Shown one piece after another: positions 47,821-59,087 of a DNA stretch of 64,000 nucleotides (position 1 is the first letter of the stretch; each line of letters opens with the position of its first letter). The stretch lies in the NCBI GenBank assembly GCA_017466275.1, contig JAFTUL010000053.1:6163-70162 (forward strand), given 5' to 3'. The notes below the pieces were generated by a model. It searched no databases. It had not been told where the DNA came from and saw nothing but the letters and a program-made list of their open reading frames with translations. Made by a program: the position numbers and the translations under genes. The stretch comes from Clostridia bacterium. Lineage in GTDB: Bacteria; Bacillota; Clostridia; UMGS1883.

Positions 47821-48297
47821 ATGCAGAAAAAAACACAATTTTTGACACAAAGTGCCCTCATTGCGGCACTTTACGTTGCACTTACCTATGTTAGTGCAAT
47901 GCTTGGTATTGCAAGCGGAGTTGTACAAGTCAGGCTTTCGGAAGCACTGACCGTTCTTCCTGCAATGACTGGTGCGGCAGTACCGGGACTTTTTGCAGGA
48001 TGCCTTGTTGCAAACCTTTTGACGGGTGCATCCTTGTGGGACATAGTATTCGGCTCACTTGCAACGCTGTTGGGTGCGTTGGGAACACGTTATTTAGGAA
48101 GAAAGTGCTATTGGGCACCGATATTCCCGATTCTTTCAAACACCCTCATAATCCCCTTTGTACTGAAAATTGCCTACGGAGTGGGCGAGGGGTATTCGTT
48201 TTTATTCCTGACAATCTTCCTCGGGGAATTTATCTCCTGCGGAATATTGGGAGTAATGCTTTTTAAAGCTCTTGAAAAAACTAAAATATTCAGATAA
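47821..48297 (+). CDS. queT: Queuosine-precursor transporter QueT
   Basis: 158-aa polytopic membrane protein. N-terminus TQSALIAALYVALTYV is typical of QueT (COG4708). Confidence 0.8.
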   Translation: MQKKTQFLTQSALIAALYVALTYVSAMLGIASGVVQVRLSEALTVLPAMTGAAVPGLFAGCLVANLLTGASLWDIVFGSLATLLGALGTRYLGRKCYWAPIFPILSNTLIIPFVLKIAYGVGEGYSFLFLTIFLGEFISCGILGVMLFKALEKTKIFR

Positions 48298-48298
48298 T

Positions 48299-48328
48299 AA
48301 GAAAACCGAGGATTCCCTCGGTTTTTCT
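48299..48328. terminator. Bidirectional terminator between queT and prfB
   Basis: AAAACCGAGG-attc-CCTCGGTTTT. Confidence 0.8.
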
Positions 48329-48329
48329 G

Positions 48330-49454
48330 TTATTTGAGTGTTAACTGACCCAAACTTGCTTTTCTTAAGTAATCATTGATAAATCCGTCAAGGTTTCCGT
48401 CCATTACGGAGCCGATATTACCAACTTCGTAATTGGTGCGGTGGTCCTTAACCATATTATAAGGATGGAATACATAGGATCGAATCTGGCTTCCCCATGC
48501 AATTTCTTTCTGCACACCCTTAATATCCTCAATCTTTTCTTTCTGTTCTGCTTCCGCAAGCTCCATCAGTTTTGCTTTCAGCATCTTCATTGCAGTATCC
48601 TTGTTCTGGAACTGGCTTCTTTCATTCTGGCAGGCAACAACTACGCCTGTGGGAATGTGGGTGATACGGATAGCGGAGCTTGTCTTGTTAACGTGCTGAC
48701 TGCCTGCACCGCTTGCGCGGTAGGTATCAATTCTGAGGTCATCGGGATTGATGTTGATTTCGATATCGTCTTCAATATCGGGCATTACTTCAACCGATGC
48801 AAAGGATGTATGACGACGACCTGCCGAGTCAAAGGGAGAAATTCTTACAAGACGGTGGATACCCTTTTCGCATTTTGCAAAGCCGTATGCATTAAGCCCC
48901 TCGATAAGGATACTTGCACCTTTAAGTCCTGCTTCATCACCGTCAAGAATGTCAAGTGTAGAAACCTTGTAACCTCTCGCTTCTGCCCACATCTGGTACA
49001 TTCTGTAAAGCATCTGGCACCAATCCTGTGCCTCTGTTCCGCCTGCACCTGCGTGGAGTGTGATGATGGCATTGCTCTTGTCATAAGGACCTGAAAGAAG
49101 TGTTTCAAGCTTCATATTTTCAATGTTTTCGGAAAGAGAATTGAAGCCTGTCTGAATTTCTTCAAGAAGTGTTTCATCATCCTCCGCAATAGCAAGCTCG
49201 ACAAGGGTAGTCATATCCTCCCAGTCTGTCTGGAGGGATTTGAAACGGTCAATCTTGCTTGTAAATTCCTTGATTTTCTGGAGTACCTTCTGGCTGTTTT
49301 TGATGTCGTTATAGAAATCAGGCTCCAGAGTTTCCTTTTCAAGCTTTGCAATGTTTTCCTTTGCACCGTCAATGTCAAGGGCAATTCCAAGCTCCTCAAT
49401 AGGCTTTTCCATTGCAACAAGGTCAAGTCGTATCTGTTCGTATTCAACTATCAT
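48330..49454 (-). CDS. prfB: Peptide chain release factor 2 (single ORF, no programmed frameshift)
   Basis: SPF-context and GGQ (ASGAGSQHVNKT variant, GAGSQ). 374 aa. ATGA overlap with the secA stop. Confidence 0.9.
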   Translation of the reverse strand: MIVEYEQIRLDLVAMEKPIEELGIALDIDGAKENIAKLEKETLEPDFYNDIKNSQKVLQKIKEFTSKIDRFKSLQTDWEDMTTLVELAIAEDDETLLEEIQTGFNSLSENIENMKLETLLSGPYDKSNAIITLHAGAGGTEAQDWCQMLYRMYQMWAEARGYKVSTLDILDGDEAGLKGASILIEGLNAYGFAKCEKGIHRLVRISPFDSAGRRHTSFASVEVMPDIEDDIEININPDDLRIDTYRASGAGSQHVNKTSSAIRITHIPTGVVVACQNERSQFQNKDTAMKMLKAKLMELAEAEQKEKIEDIKGVQKEIAWGSQIRSYVFHPYNMVKDHRTNYEVGNIGSVMDGNLDGFINDYLRKASLGQLTLK

Positions 49455-52192
49455 TATTTATCTTCCTTTCCTAAACAACAGTTCTTATACTTTTTACCGC
49501 TTCCGCAAGGGCACGGGTCGTTTCTGCCGACCTTTTCCTCTGCTTTTTTGGTAACGGGCTTTTTGGTATCAGTTCCGTCACCATGGGAAGCCGTAACAGG
49601 TGTTGCCACCATTTCCCTCTGTATCTGCACCTGCGGTCTTACGTGGAAGAGGTTTCTCACAGTATCCTCGCAGATAAGTGTATTCATTTCCTCAAACATA
49701 TCCATTCCCTGGAATTTATATTCCTGAACGGGGTCGTGTTGTCCGTATGCACGGAGGGTAATACCGTTTTTGAGCTGGTCCATATCGTCAATATGGTCCA
49801 TCCATCTGCGGTCAACACTCCTGAGGAGAATAACTCTCTCAACCTCACGCATATTGTCGCCGAACAGCTCGCACTGTTTTTCGTATGCGTCCCTTGCCAT
49901 TTTATAAACTTCTTCCCTGACGGTTTTGCGGTCAAGGGTGTTATAGTCACGCTTGTCAAAATCAAGGGTGTCGGGGGTGAAGAACATAGATTCAAAGTAA
50001 TCTATAAGTCCCCTCATATTCCAGTCGTCGGGGTATTCCGCGGAGGCATATGTGGACATAGCACCGTCAATGACATTTTCAATCATCTTTATAACAGAAC
50101 CGCTTATATCCTCTCCGTCAAGCACCTGACGACGCTGTTTATAGATTAGGTTACGCTGTTCGTTCATTACGTCGTCGTACTGAAGAACATATTTTCTGGA
50201 AGAAAAGTTTCTGCCCTCAACCTTTTTCTGGGAGCTTTCGATTACGCTTGTAAGCATTCCCTGTTCAATAGGCTCATCTTCGGGCAGGCGGAGGGTGGAA
50301 ATCATTCTTTCGATTCTCTCACCACCGAAAAGACGCATCAGGTCATCATCAAGTCCGAGGAAGAATCTTGATTTTCCGGGGTCGCCCTGTCTTCCGCTTC
50401 GTCCGCGGAGCTGATTGTCAATACGGCGTGATTCGTGACGCTCAGTACCGATAATGTAAAGACCGCCAAGCTCCCTTACTTCCTGTGCCTCTTTCTCTAT
50501 TTCGTCCTTGTGCTTCTTGTAAAGCTCGTTATATTTTGCTCTTGCTTCAAGGATTTGTTCGTCATCCGTATCGGCAAAACCTGTTGCCTCGGAAATCAGA
50601 AAATCGTCGTAGCCAAGCTTTGCCATTTCCGTTTTTGCAAGGTATTCCGCGTTACCGCCAAGCATAATGTCCGTACCACGGCCTGCCATATTGGTAGCAA
50701 TTGTTACAGCACCCTTTTTACCTGCCTGTGCAACGATAAGTGCTTCCTTATCGTGATGCTTTGCATTCAGTACCTGATGCTTTATACCGCGTGTTTTCAG
50801 CACGGCACTAAGCTCCTCCGACTTATCAATCGTGATAGTACCCACCAGAATGGGCTGACCTGTCTGATGCACTCTCGCAATTTCGTCTGCAATTGCCTTT
50901 ATCTTACCTCTGTGATTGAGGAAAATCTGGTCGTTTTCATCTTTCCTTGCAAGGGGCTTGTTTGTGGGGATTTCAATAACGTCAAGGGCGTAGATTCCGC
51001 GGAATTCCTCTTCCTCCGTCTTTGCAGTACCTGTCATACCGCTGAGCTTTTTGTAAAGACGGAAATAATTCTGGAATGTAATTGTGGCAAGGGTTTTGTT
51101 TTCCCTTTCAACCTTTACATTTTCCTTTGCCTCAATAGCCTGATGAAGTCCGTCGCTGTAACGTCTGCCTATCATAATACGGCCCGTAAATTCGTCAACT
51201 ATCAGCACTTCACCGTCTTTCACCACATAGTTCACGTCCCTGTGCATAATTCCGTGGGCACGCATAGCCTGATTTATGTGGTGGGAAAGAGTCATATTCT
51301 CGGGGTCGGACAGATTTTCGATGTTGAAATGCTGTTCCGCCTTTTCAATACCACGTTTTGTAAGGTTTACTGTTTTTGCCTTTTCATCAATTACGTAATC
51401 TGCATCAAGGTTGTCATTCTCTTCCTTGGAATCAAGTTCCTTGAATTTCATTGCGGAAAGTGTGCGGACAAATCTGTCCACAACGGTATAAAGCTGTGTG
51501 GATTCTTCACCTGCACCGCTTATGATAAGGGGTGTACGTGCCTCATCAATCAATATGGAGTCAACCTCGTCCACGATTGCAAAGGCGTGTCCGCGTTGTA
51601 CCATATTTTCCTTGTAAATAACCATATTGTCACGAAGATAGTCAAAGCCCATCTCGTTATTTGTGCCGTAGGTGATGTCTGCATTGTATGCTTTTTTCTT
51701 TTCCTCAGGCTCCATCTGGCTTACCGCAAGTCCTACACTGAGTCCTAAAAACCTGTAAAGCTTGCCCATCCATTCGCTGTCACGACGGGCAAGGTAGTCG
51801 TTAACGGTTACAATGTGGACACCCTCACCCGTAAGTGCATTAAGGTATGCAGGAAGTGTTGCCACAAGAGTTTTACCCTCACCTGTTTTCATTTCGGCAA
51901 TTCGTCCCTGATGAAGCACAATACCGCCGATAAGCTGAACGGGGAAGTGACGCATTTCAAGTACACGCCAAGCCGCCTCACGCACTGTTGCAAATGCCTC
52001 GGGAAGAATGTCGTTAAGGGTTTCTCCGTTTGCAAGCCTTTCTTTAAAAATTTCCGTCTTTCCCTTAAGCTCGCTGTCGGAAAGTGCTTTATATTCTTCC
52101 TCATAAGAGAGGATTTTGTCTACTGTGGGTTGTATTTTCTTCAGCTCTCTCTGTGAATATGTGCCGAAGATTTTTTCAAGTAAACCTGACAT
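49454..52192 (-). CDS. secA: Preprotein translocase ATPase SecA
   Basis: 912 aa. Walker [13 protein letters not shown]-like DEVD, and a C-terminal zinc motif [13 protein letters not shown]. Confidence 0.97.
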   Translation of the reverse strand: MSGLLEKIFGTYSQRELKKIQPTVDKILSYEEEYKALSDSELKGKTEIFKERLANGETLNDILPEAFATVREAAWRVLEMRHFPVQLIGGIVLHQGRIAEMKTGEGKTLVATLPAYLNALTGEGVHIVTVNDYLARRDSEWMGKLYRFLGLSVGLAVSQMEPEEKKKAYNADITYGTNNEMGFDYLRDNMVIYKENMVQRGHAFAIVDEVDSILIDEARTPLIISGAGEESTQLYTVVDRFVRTLSAMKFKELDSKEENDNLDADYVIDEKAKTVNLTKRGIEKAEQHFNIENLSDPENMTLSHHINQAMRAHGIMHRDVNYVVKDGEVLIVDEFTGRIMIGRRYSDGLHQAIEAKENVKVERENKTLATITFQNYFRLYKKLSGMTGTAKTEEEEFRGIYALDVIEIPTNKPLARKDENDQIFLNHRGKIKAIADEIARVHQTGQPILVGTITIDKSEELSAVLKTRGIKHQVLNAKHHDKEALIVAQAGKKGAVTIATNMAGRGTDIMLGGNAEYLAKTEMAKLGYDDFLISEATGFADTDDEQILEARAKYNELYKKHKDEIEKEAQEVRELGGLYIIGTERHESRRIDNQLRGRSGRQGDPGKSRFFLGLDDDLMRLFGGERIERMISTLRLPEDEPIEQGMLTSVIESSQKKVEGRNFSSRKYVLQYDDVMNEQRNLIYKQRRQVLDGEDISGSVIKMIENVIDGAMSTYASAEYPDDWNMRGLIDYFESMFFTPDTLDFDKRDYNTLDRKTVREEVYKMARDAYEKQCELFGDNMREVERVILLRSVDRRWMDHIDDMDQLKNGITLRAYGQHDPVQEYKFQGMDMFEEMNTLICEDTVRNLFHVRPQVQIQREMVATPVTASHGDGTDTKKPVTKKAEEKVGRNDPCPCGSGKKYKNCCLGKEDK

Positions 52193-52330
52193 TTTTGTTT
52201 CCTCCTTGAATGATTTATATCAAAGGTGCATAAGCACATACTTTCCTATTTTAAATAGTTCATAATATTATAACATATTCTGCTTCCGAAATCAAGCACT
52301 ATTTGTCCCAGCTTGTTTTAAATACAAAGT

Positions 52331-52356
52331 AAAAAACAGCCCGATCGGGCTGTTTC
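52331..52356 (-). terminator. Terminator of rpmE
   Basis: CAGCCC-gatc-GGGCTG. The A6 on the plus strand gives a U-tract on the minus strand. Confidence 0.75.
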
Positions 52357-52361
52357 TGTAA

Positions 52362-52565
52362 TTATTTGTCCATATTGAACTTCTTTCTGAATTTTTCAAC
52401 ACGACCGCCTGTATCAACAAGCTTCTGCTTTCCTGTAAAGAAAGGATGGCACTTAGAACAAATTTCAACAAAAATGTTTTCCTTTGTAGAACCTGTTTCA
52501 ATTACATTGCCGCATGCACACTTGATAACAGTCTGCTTATAATCGGGATGGATTCCTTCTCTCAC
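52362..52565 (-). CDS. rpmE: 50S ribosomal protein L31 (zinc-binding type)
   Basis: [13 protein letters not shown]...[13 protein letters not shown] start at 52565 lies 6 nt after GAGGTG. Confidence 0.92.
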   Translation of the reverse strand: MREGIHPDYKQTVIKCACGNVIETGSTKENIFVEICSKCHPFFTGKQKLVDTGGRVEKFRKKFNMDK

Positions 52566-52727
52566 GACATTCACCTCTTTCCAAAAAAATGAGATATGTT
52601 AAAAAAATTAAACACCAATTCAGCGAATGCTATTATAACACAAGTTTTTCGGGAATGCAACTGTTTTTTTCTAAAACTTTCAAAATATTTTCAAGGACTA
52701 AAAAAATGTTAATCGGGAAGAAAATTC

Positions 52728-52756
52728 TTGACAGCAAATATAATTAAATATATAAT
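52728..52756 (+). promoter_or_regulatory. rny promoter
   Basis: TTGACA, 17 nt, TATAAT. Confidence 0.6.
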
Positions 52757-52843
52757 ATATATGTGGTTTTGTAGGCGTAGCATACTCAATATAATGTAGT
52801 TACCCCAGAAATTACCACTTAATATATATAAGGAGGTGTTACA

Positions 52844-54403
52844 ATGGGAATGGAAATTGCCATTGCTGCTGTAGTTGCAGTAGTTCTTGCAATCATCTCC
52901 GGTGCGATTTGTTTTCGTCTTGGTATCTCTCACAGAAAGAGAGTTGCCGAAGCTCAGATAGGCAGTGCAGAAGCAGAAGCGAAAAGAATTGTTGACGAAG
53001 CTGTTAAAACAGCTGAAAACAAGAAACGTGAATCACTTCTCAGCGCAAAAGAAGAGATAAATAGAAATCGTAACGAGGCAGAAAGAGAGCTTAAAGAACG
53101 CCGCAGCGAAATATCCAGACAGGAACGCAGGCTACAGCAAAAAGAGGATGCCCTTGATAAAAAAGCGGAAAATATGGAGAAAAAAGAAGAAACACTAAGC
53201 CGCAAAATCAAGGAAGCAGACGAAGAAAAAGAAAAAATTGCAGGCATTCATAAGGCACAGATTGAACTTTTAGAGCGTCTTTCAGGACTTACCGCTGAAG
53301 AAGCTAAGGAATATTTGCTTAAGAATATTGAAGATGAAGTTCGCCACGAAGCTGCAATTATGATTAAGGAAATTGAAACACAGGCTAAAGAAGAAGCCGA
53401 CAAACGTGCAAAGAACATCATCAGTGCAGGTATTCAGCGTTGTGCTGCTGACCACGTTGCAGAAACAACAGTATCAGTTGTTTCACTTCCCAATGATGAA
53501 ATGAAGGGAAGAATTATCGGTCGTGAGGGCCGAAACATCAGAACACTTGAAACACTTACGGGTATTGACCTTATTATTGACGATACTCCCGAGGCGGTTA
53601 TCCTTTCAGGATTTGACCCCATCCGTCGTGAGGTTGCCCGTGTAGCACTTGAAAAACTCATTGTTGACGGCCGTATCCACCCCTCAAGAATTGAGGAAAC
53701 CGTGGAAAAGGCAAGAAAAGAAGTTGATGCTACAATCAAGCAGGAGGGTGAACAGGCTACATTCGACACGGGTGTACACGGACTTCATCCCGAAATTGTT
53801 AAGCTTCTTGGTAAGCTTAAATTCAGAACAAGCTACGGACAGAATGTACTTAAACATTCAATCGAGGTTTCCCATGTTGCAGGTATTATGGCAGGGGAGC
53901 TTGGTGTAGATGTTGCAACCGCAAAGCGTGCAGGGCTTCTTCATGACCTTGGTAAAGCGGTTGACCACGAAATCGAGGGAAGCCATATTTCCATCGGTGT
54001 TGACATTGCTAAAAAGTATAACGAAAACAAGGAAGTTATCCATGCGATAGAAGCACATCACGGTGATGTGGAAGCAAAGACGATTATTGCTTGTCTTGTT
54101 CAGGCGGCAGATGCAGTAAGTGCAGCCCGCCCCGGTGCAAGAAGAGAAAATATTGAAGCGTACATCAAGAGACTTCAGCAGCTTGAAGAAATTGCAACAT
54201 CCTTTGCAGGTGTTGAAAAATCCTATGCAATTCAGGCAGGCCGTGAAATCCGTATTATGGTTAAGCCCGAGGAAATCGGTGACGGTGATATGGAATTTGT
54301 GGCAAGAGAAATTGTCAAGAAAATTGAAAGCGAGCTTGAGTATCCCGGACAGATTAAAATTAATCTTATCCGTGAAACTCGCACAACAGACTACGCGAAG
54401 TAA
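52844..54403 (+). CDS. rny: Ribonuclease Y
   Basis: N-terminal TM helix, a long coiled coil, a KH domain ([12 protein letters not shown]) and an HD domain (LLHDLGK). 519 aa. Confidence 0.95.
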   Translation: MGMEIAIAAVVAVVLAIISGAICFRLGISHRKRVAEAQIGSAEAEAKRIVDEAVKTAENKKRESLLSAKEEINRNRNEAERELKERRSEISRQERRLQQKEDALDKKAENMEKKEETLSRKIKEADEEKEKIAGIHKAQIELLERLSGLTAEEAKEYLLKNIEDEVRHEAAIMIKEIETQAKEEADKRAKNIISAGIQRCAADHVAETTVSVVSLPNDEMKGRIIGREGRNIRTLETLTGIDLIIDDTPEAVILSGFDPIRREVARVALEKLIVDGRIHPSRIEETVEKARKEVDATIKQEGEQATFDTGVHGLHPEIVKLLGKLKFRTSYGQNVLKHSIEVSHVAGIMAGELGVDVATAKRAGLLHDLGKAVDHEIEGSHISIGVDIAKKYNENKEVIHAIEAHHGDVEAKTIIACLVQAADAVSAARPGARRENIEAYIKRLQQLEEIATSFAGVEKSYAIQAGREIRIMVKPEEIGDGDMEFVAREIVKKIESELEYPGQIKINLIRETRTTDYAK

Positions 54404-54411
54404 AACAAACA

Positions 54412-54445
54412 AAAAGGGCATTTGCAAAATGCCCTTTTGTTTTCC
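54412..54445 (+). terminator. Terminator/attenuator after rny
   Basis: AAAAGGGCATTT-gca-AAATGCCCTTTT followed by GTTTT. Confidence 0.75.
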
Positions 54446-54463
54446 TTTAGAAAGGTAATTTCA

Positions 54464-55255
54464 ATGAACATTTTATTTATCGGTGACATTATGGGAAGAT
54501 GCGGCAGGGATGCGGTGTTTGAGCTTCTTCCCGAGATTAAGGACGAATATAATATTGACTATACAATAGCTAACGGGGAAAATGCCTCAGGCGGACTCGG
54601 TATGAACCGCAGAGGGTATGAGGAGCTTACACGGGCAGGTATAGATTTCTTTACAATGGGAAATCACACTTTTTCCAAAAAAGAGATAATTTCTCTTTTA
54701 AATGAGGGGGAAAACATTGTCCGCCCTGCAAATCTTCCCGGTGAAAACCCCGGCGAGGGTATGGCAATAATCAATATAAACGGCACAAAGCTTGCTATAA
54801 TGAATTTAATAGGAAGAATCTACATTGACGAGAATAATCTTTCTCCGTTTTTTACCGCGGAGGAGCTTATAGAAAAAGCAAAAGAGAAAACAAACAACAT
54901 TATAATAGATTTCCACGCGGAAGCAACCAGCGAAAAGGAAGCTCTTGGCTATTATCTTGACGGTAAGGCTACTGCCGTACTGGGTACACATACCCATATT
55001 CAGACGGCGGATGAGCGTATTTTGCCACAAGGTACCGCATATATTACTGATGTGGGAAGGACAGGTGCAATCGATGCAGTTTTAGGGCTTGATAAAAATG
55101 CATCAATTGCACGTTTCACCCTGCCTGCAGATACAAAGAAGCCTCCTTTCAAGGTCGCAGAGGGGAAAGGTCAGCTTTGTGCAGTAGTGATTAAAATTGA
55201 CGAGGAAACAGGCAAGGCGGAGGAGATTATAAGAATATGCAAATCAGGAAGATAG
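54464..55255 (+). CDS. ymdB: YmdB-family (TIGR00282) metallophosphoesterase
   Basis: MNILFIGDIMGR...ANGENASGG. Conserved rny-ymdB pairing. The ORF-track start at 54422 lies inside the terminator. Confidence 0.88.
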   Translation: MNILFIGDIMGRCGRDAVFELLPEIKDEYNIDYTIANGENASGGLGMNRRGYEELTRAGIDFFTMGNHTFSKKEIISLLNEGENIVRPANLPGENPGEGMAIININGTKLAIMNLIGRIYIDENNLSPFFTAEELIEKAKEKTNNIIIDFHAEATSEKEALGYYLDGKATAVLGTHTHIQTADERILPQGTAYITDVGRTGAIDAVLGLDKNASIARFTLPADTKKPPFKVAEGKGQLCAVVIKIDEETGKAEEIIRICKSGR

Positions 55256-56022
55256 GAAAGGTTTCTCTTTACCAAAGCAGTGTTTTTGAAAAGTTTCCCA
55301 ATGTTGTACACGGCTTTACCACCCGAGAGGGAGGAGTGAGCAAGGGGCAGTACGAAAGCCTTTCGCTAAGTCCCTATCGTGGTGATGATATAGAGTGTGT
55401 TCATAAGAATGAGGAGATTCTGTGTGAAAGCCTTGGCTTTTCTTACGGCAGGCTTTCCTCCACAAAGCAGGAGCATACTGACAATATAGAAATTATAGAT
55501 AAGAGCAATATCGGTATCGGAATACATTCTCCTTGGGGAAAGGGTGTAGATGCTGTGATAACGCGGGAGAAAAATGTCCCCATTCTCTGTTACAGTGCCG
55601 ACTGTGTTCCTATTATTATGTATGCATCTGATATTGGGGCAATTGCAGCCATCCATTCGGGATGGAAAGGAACAGCAATGAAAATTGCGGAAAAAACCGT
55701 GAAAAAGCTTACAGAAATGGGTGCAACCCCCGAAAACATCTATGCAGTAATCGGGCCTTGTATAGGGAAATGCTGTTATGAGGTCAGCGAGGATGTTGCA
55801 CTTAAGTTCGACGAAAAATACTATACAGCCAAGGAAAACGGAAAATATATGCTTGACCTGGAGCAGGTCAATTTTGACCTTATAAACCGTGCAGGGGTGC
55901 TAAAAGAAAACATTTCTGCCTCGGGGATATGTACAAGATGCCACAATGACCTCTTTTTCTCCCACCGTGGGCAGGGGGGGACAAGCGGTACTCTCGGGGG
56001 AATAATTTGTATAAAGGAATAA
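55237..56022 (+). CDS. pgeF: Peptidoglycan editing factor PgeF (YfiH / laccase-domain protein)
   Basis: 261 aa. Motifs HGFTTREGGVS, DCVPI and HSGWKGT. Confidence 0.85.
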   Translation: MQIRKIGKVSLYQSSVFEKFPNVVHGFTTREGGVSKGQYESLSLSPYRGDDIECVHKNEEILCESLGFSYGRLSSTKQEHTDNIEIIDKSNIGIGIHSPWGKGVDAVITREKNVPILCYSADCVPIIMYASDIGAIAAIHSGWKGTAMKIAEKTVKKLTEMGATPENIYAVIGPCIGKCCYEVSEDVALKFDEKYYTAKENGKYMLDLEQVNFDLINRAGVLKENISASGICTRCHNDLFFSHRGQGGTSGTLGGIICIKE

Positions 56023-56027
56023 ATCGT

Positions 56028-57563
56028 ATGAGAAAACCAAAATTAATTTTAATACTATTGGCAGTTGTATTGATATTTACCTCCTGCAGAGGAAATGGCG
56101 GAACGGCCTCAACTGATAATGATAAAGGCGGGGTTATAACCTTGCAGATGAGAGAGTGCGACTCTTTTAATCCGCTTGCCGTAACGCACCATAGCACCCG
56201 TGATGTTCTTTCACTTTGCTATGAGCCTCTTTTCAGCGTAAATGACACAATAGAGACGGAGGGAGTCCTCGCTCAGAGCATTGACATTTCAGATGACTGT
56301 ATGACGGCAATCATAAACCTTAAGGATTCTGTGCTTTGGCACGATGGAATAAAGTTTACCAGCAATGACGTTATCCATACAATGAGTCTGTTAAAGGACA
56401 ACCCCAACTGGGAGTACAGCGATTGTGTGAAATATATTGATTCGGCCGTTGCAATCGATGCTCTTTCTCTGAAAATTAATTTGACAAGACCTTACGGACA
56501 GATAGCACATTCTCTCACATTTCCCATAGTGCCGTACACAAACGGGGAGCTTGATTCAAAAATTGTTGGAACAGGCCCGTATATGTTTTCAGCATATACT
56601 CCGTCAACTGTATTGGAGCTTGTTAAAAATACAAGCTGGCACGGAGGAGAGGCAATCTGTAAAAAAATCAATATTAGCATAATTCGTGACAATAATGCGG
56701 CAACAACTGCTTTCAATACGGGCTTGCTCAGTGCAGTTACAGACAATTCCTTTGACCTTGAAAATAATACCCCGCGAATAAATACCAAAACCCATTCGTA
56801 CCCCACGTCGGAATTTGAGTATATGGCACTCAACCACAACCGCGGAGTTTTTGTGTCGCAGGCTGTCCGCTCTGCAGTATCCTATGCGATAGACCGCAGC
56901 GACATCGTGAAAAACTGCTATCAGAATGAAGCCGTGGCGGTAAATGCCCCGATTCATCCCTCGGCACAGAATGTAACGGAATCTTCAATTTTGTCCCAAT
57001 ACAGCCTCGCAAATGCAAGTGAAATGCTGTTTCTTGAGGGATATACCCTTGATGAAAACACACGCCTTTTAAAAGACGGAAACGGAAATGTCCTGTCGTT
57101 TTCTATTCTTGTAAACGAAGACAATCTGCCGAGAACTAAAACGGCAGAGGTGCTTGCAAAACATCTTTTTGCCGCAGGTATTGATGTAAGGGTAGTATCT
57201 CTTCCGTTTGACGAGTATCTTGAAAGAATCAAAAGCGGTGAGTTTGACGCATATCTGGGCGGAGCAAGACTTCGTAATTTCTACGACTTTGAAGCCTTGC
57301 TCAGAGAGGGCGGAAGCCTCAATAATTACGGATATAAGAGCGAATTTATGGACCTTGCTTTAAATGCCATAAATTCATCACGCGGTAACGACAGCCTGAG
57401 CGATGCACTGTTCAATTTTGAAGAGGTATTTCTGCGTGAACAGCCCGTACTGGGACTGGTTTTCAGAAACAGAGTTCTCCTGACCTCGGAAAACATAAAA
57501 GGCGAAATAACAACCGGTGTAAACACGCCTTATAAAAACATTCATAGCTGGTCTGTGAATTAA
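56028..57563 (+). CDS. ABC transporter substrate-binding lipoprotein (family 5, peptide/nickel type)
   Basis: Signal peptide with lipobox IFTSC. About 510 aa with overall SBP_bac_5-like features. Confidence 0.65.
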   Translation: MRKPKLILILLAVVLIFTSCRGNGGTASTDNDKGGVITLQMRECDSFNPLAVTHHSTRDVLSLCYEPLFSVNDTIETEGVLAQSIDISDDCMTAIINLKDSVLWHDGIKFTSNDVIHTMSLLKDNPNWEYSDCVKYIDSAVAIDALSLKINLTRPYGQIAHSLTFPIVPYTNGELDSKIVGTGPYMFSAYTPSTVLELVKNTSWHGGEAICKKINISIIRDNNAATTAFNTGLLSAVTDNSFDLENNTPRINTKTHSYPTSEFEYMALNHNRGVFVSQAVRSAVSYAIDRSDIVKNCYQNEAVAVNAPIHPSAQNVTESSILSQYSLANASEMLFLEGYTLDENTRLLKDGNGNVLSFSILVNEDNLPRTKTAEVLAKHLFAAGIDVRVVSLPFDEYLERIKSGEFDAYLGGARLRNFYDFEALLREGGSLNNYGYKSEFMDLALNAINSSRGNDSLSDALFNFEEVFLREQPVLGLVFRNRVLLTSENIKGEITTGVNTPYKNIHSWSVN

Positions 57564-57565
57564 CA

Positions 57566-57605
57566 AAAAACACCTCTCTGTAATAATATATAGAGAGGTG
57601 TTTTC
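57566..57605 (+). terminator. Terminator hairpin whose 3' arm contains the dpaA Shine-Dalgarno
   Basis: CACCTCTCT-(12 nt)-AGAGAGGTG followed by TTTT. The dpaA ATG is at 57609. Confidence 0.65.
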
Positions 57606-57608
57606 ATT

Positions 57609-58445
57609 ATGAATATAGAAAGAATACTGATTATCGGCGGAGATTCCCGTATAAATTATTTGTCACAGGGACTTATGGAGGATGGCTTCAAGGTAAAAAC
57701 ATTTGACGGCAGTGAACCGCTTAAAACGGCGGTGGAGGAGTGCGATGCAGTAGTGCTGGGACTTCCCTGCAGCCGTGACGACAAGACTGTCGATGCACCG
57801 GACCTTTCAGAAAGCATTCTTCTTAAGGATTTGTTTCATATAATGGGGAAAAACAAGCTTCTTCTTGCAGGAAAAATGTCACAGGGAACAAAAGCTGTTG
57901 CAGATGTGTTCGGCGTAAAATGGGTGGACTATTTTATGCGTGAGGAACTGGAAATTTTAAATGCCGTTCCCACCTGCGAGGGTGCATTGCAAATAGCTAT
58001 GGAGGAGCTTCCGATAACATTATTCGGCTGTGATGTAGTGGTAACGGGCTTTGGTAAGGTGGCACAGCCCATCGTCTGTGCACTTCGTGCTTTGGGAGCG
58101 AATGTAACAGTATGTGCACGAAAACCCTCCGCCCGTGCAAAGGCAAGGAGTTCCGGTGCAGATGCGGTGGATTTTTCGTCTCTCAAGGACAGTATGAGTA
58201 AGGCTCACCTTGTTATAAACACCGTTCCGCAATTAGTGATTGGAAGACGTGAGCTTATTGCGGCAAAAAATGCTCTTATTATAGACCTTGCATCAAAACC
58301 CGGCGGGGTGGATATGGAAGCGGCAAAGGACCTTGGCGTAAAAGTCATTTGGGCATTGGGACTTCCAGGGAAGGTAGCGCCTGTCACAGCAGGAAATATC
58401 ATAAAAGAAACCATCTGCAACATCTTAGGTGAGTTAGGTGAATAA
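57609..58445 (+). CDS. dpaA: Dipicolinate synthase subunit A
   Basis: 278 aa. ILIIGGDSR and Rossmann motif VVVTGFGKV. Paired with dpaB. Confidence 0.85.
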   Translation: MNIERILIIGGDSRINYLSQGLMEDGFKVKTFDGSEPLKTAVEECDAVVLGLPCSRDDKTVDAPDLSESILLKDLFHIMGKNKLLLAGKMSQGTKAVADVFGVKWVDYFMREELEILNAVPTCEGALQIAMEELPITLFGCDVVVTGFGKVAQPIVCALRALGANVTVCARKPSARAKARSSGADAVDFSSLKDSMSKAHLVINTVPQLVIGRRELIAAKNALIIDLASKPGGVDMEAAKDLGVKVIWALGLPGKVAPVTAGNIIKETICNILGELGE

Positions 58446-58448
58446 TAT

Positions 58449-59027
58449 ATGGATGCATCAAAAATTCGGTTAGGATTTGCATTTACCGGCTCGTTTTGCA
58501 CAATGAGAAAAGTCACCGATATTATGAAAACTGTGAAAGAGGCGGGCTACGATATTTTTCCCATAATGAGTGAAACAGTTTACTCTACCGACACACGCTT
58601 CGGTAAATGTAATGACTATATAACTGAAATTGAAGGTATATGCGGCAGAAAAATCATTGCAAGTGTAACGGCGGCAGAGCCTATCGGTCCCAAAAAGCTG
58701 ATAGACGCTCTTGTAATAGCCCCCTGCACGGGGAATACTCTGGGGAAGCTTGCAAACGGAATCTATGACGGGTGTGTTCCTCTCGCGGCAAAGGCAAACC
58801 TCAGAAATAACCGCCCCGTCATAATCGCACCGTCTACCAATGACGGACTCAGTGCTTCTGCAAAAAACATAGGAACACTTTTAAACACAAAGAATATTTT
58901 CTTCGTACCTTTCGGGCAGGATGACCCCTTTGACAAGAATAATTCCCTTGTAGCAAAGTGGGAATATCTTCTCCCTGCCGTGGAAAGTGCATTGTCAGGA
59001 AAACAGCTTCAACCGATTATTATGTGA
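58449..59027 (+). CDS. dpaB: Dipicolinate synthase subunit B (flavoprotein)
   Basis: 192 aa. Flavoprotein motifs GFAFTGSFCT and APCTGNTLGKLANG. Confidence 0.88.
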   Translation: MDASKIRLGFAFTGSFCTMRKVTDIMKTVKEAGYDIFPIMSETVYSTDTRFGKCNDYITEIEGICGRKIIASVTAAEPIGPKKLIDALVIAPCTGNTLGKLANGIYDGCVPLAAKANLRNNRPVIIAPSTNDGLSASAKNIGTLLNTKNIFFVPFGQDDPFDKNNSLVAKWEYLLPAVESALSGKQLQPIIM

Positions 59028-59035
59028 AATGCAGA

Positions 59036-59072
59036 ATGACACACTTTGGGGACTATACCCAAAGTGTGTCAT
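59036..59072. terminator. 15-bp perfect stem-loop between dpaB and the XRE gene
   Basis: ATGACACACTTTGGG-gactata-CCCAAAGTGTGTCAT. Weak T-tract. Confidence 0.5.
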
Positions 59073-59087
59073 TTGTTGTATATAATA

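Noticed and set aside
48330-49454. Expected programmed +1 frameshift site (CUU UGA C) in prfB
   Set aside because: The RF2 reading frame is continuous from [12 protein letters not shown]... through ...GIALDIDGAKEN. No in-frame UGA or split ORF is present, so this RF2 is encoded without frameshifting.
50435-51748. 437-aa ORF antisense to secA (also 49583-50149)
   Set aside because: It is embedded in secA. The composition is Cys/Phe/Leu/Val-rich and typical of the mirror frame. No independent signals.
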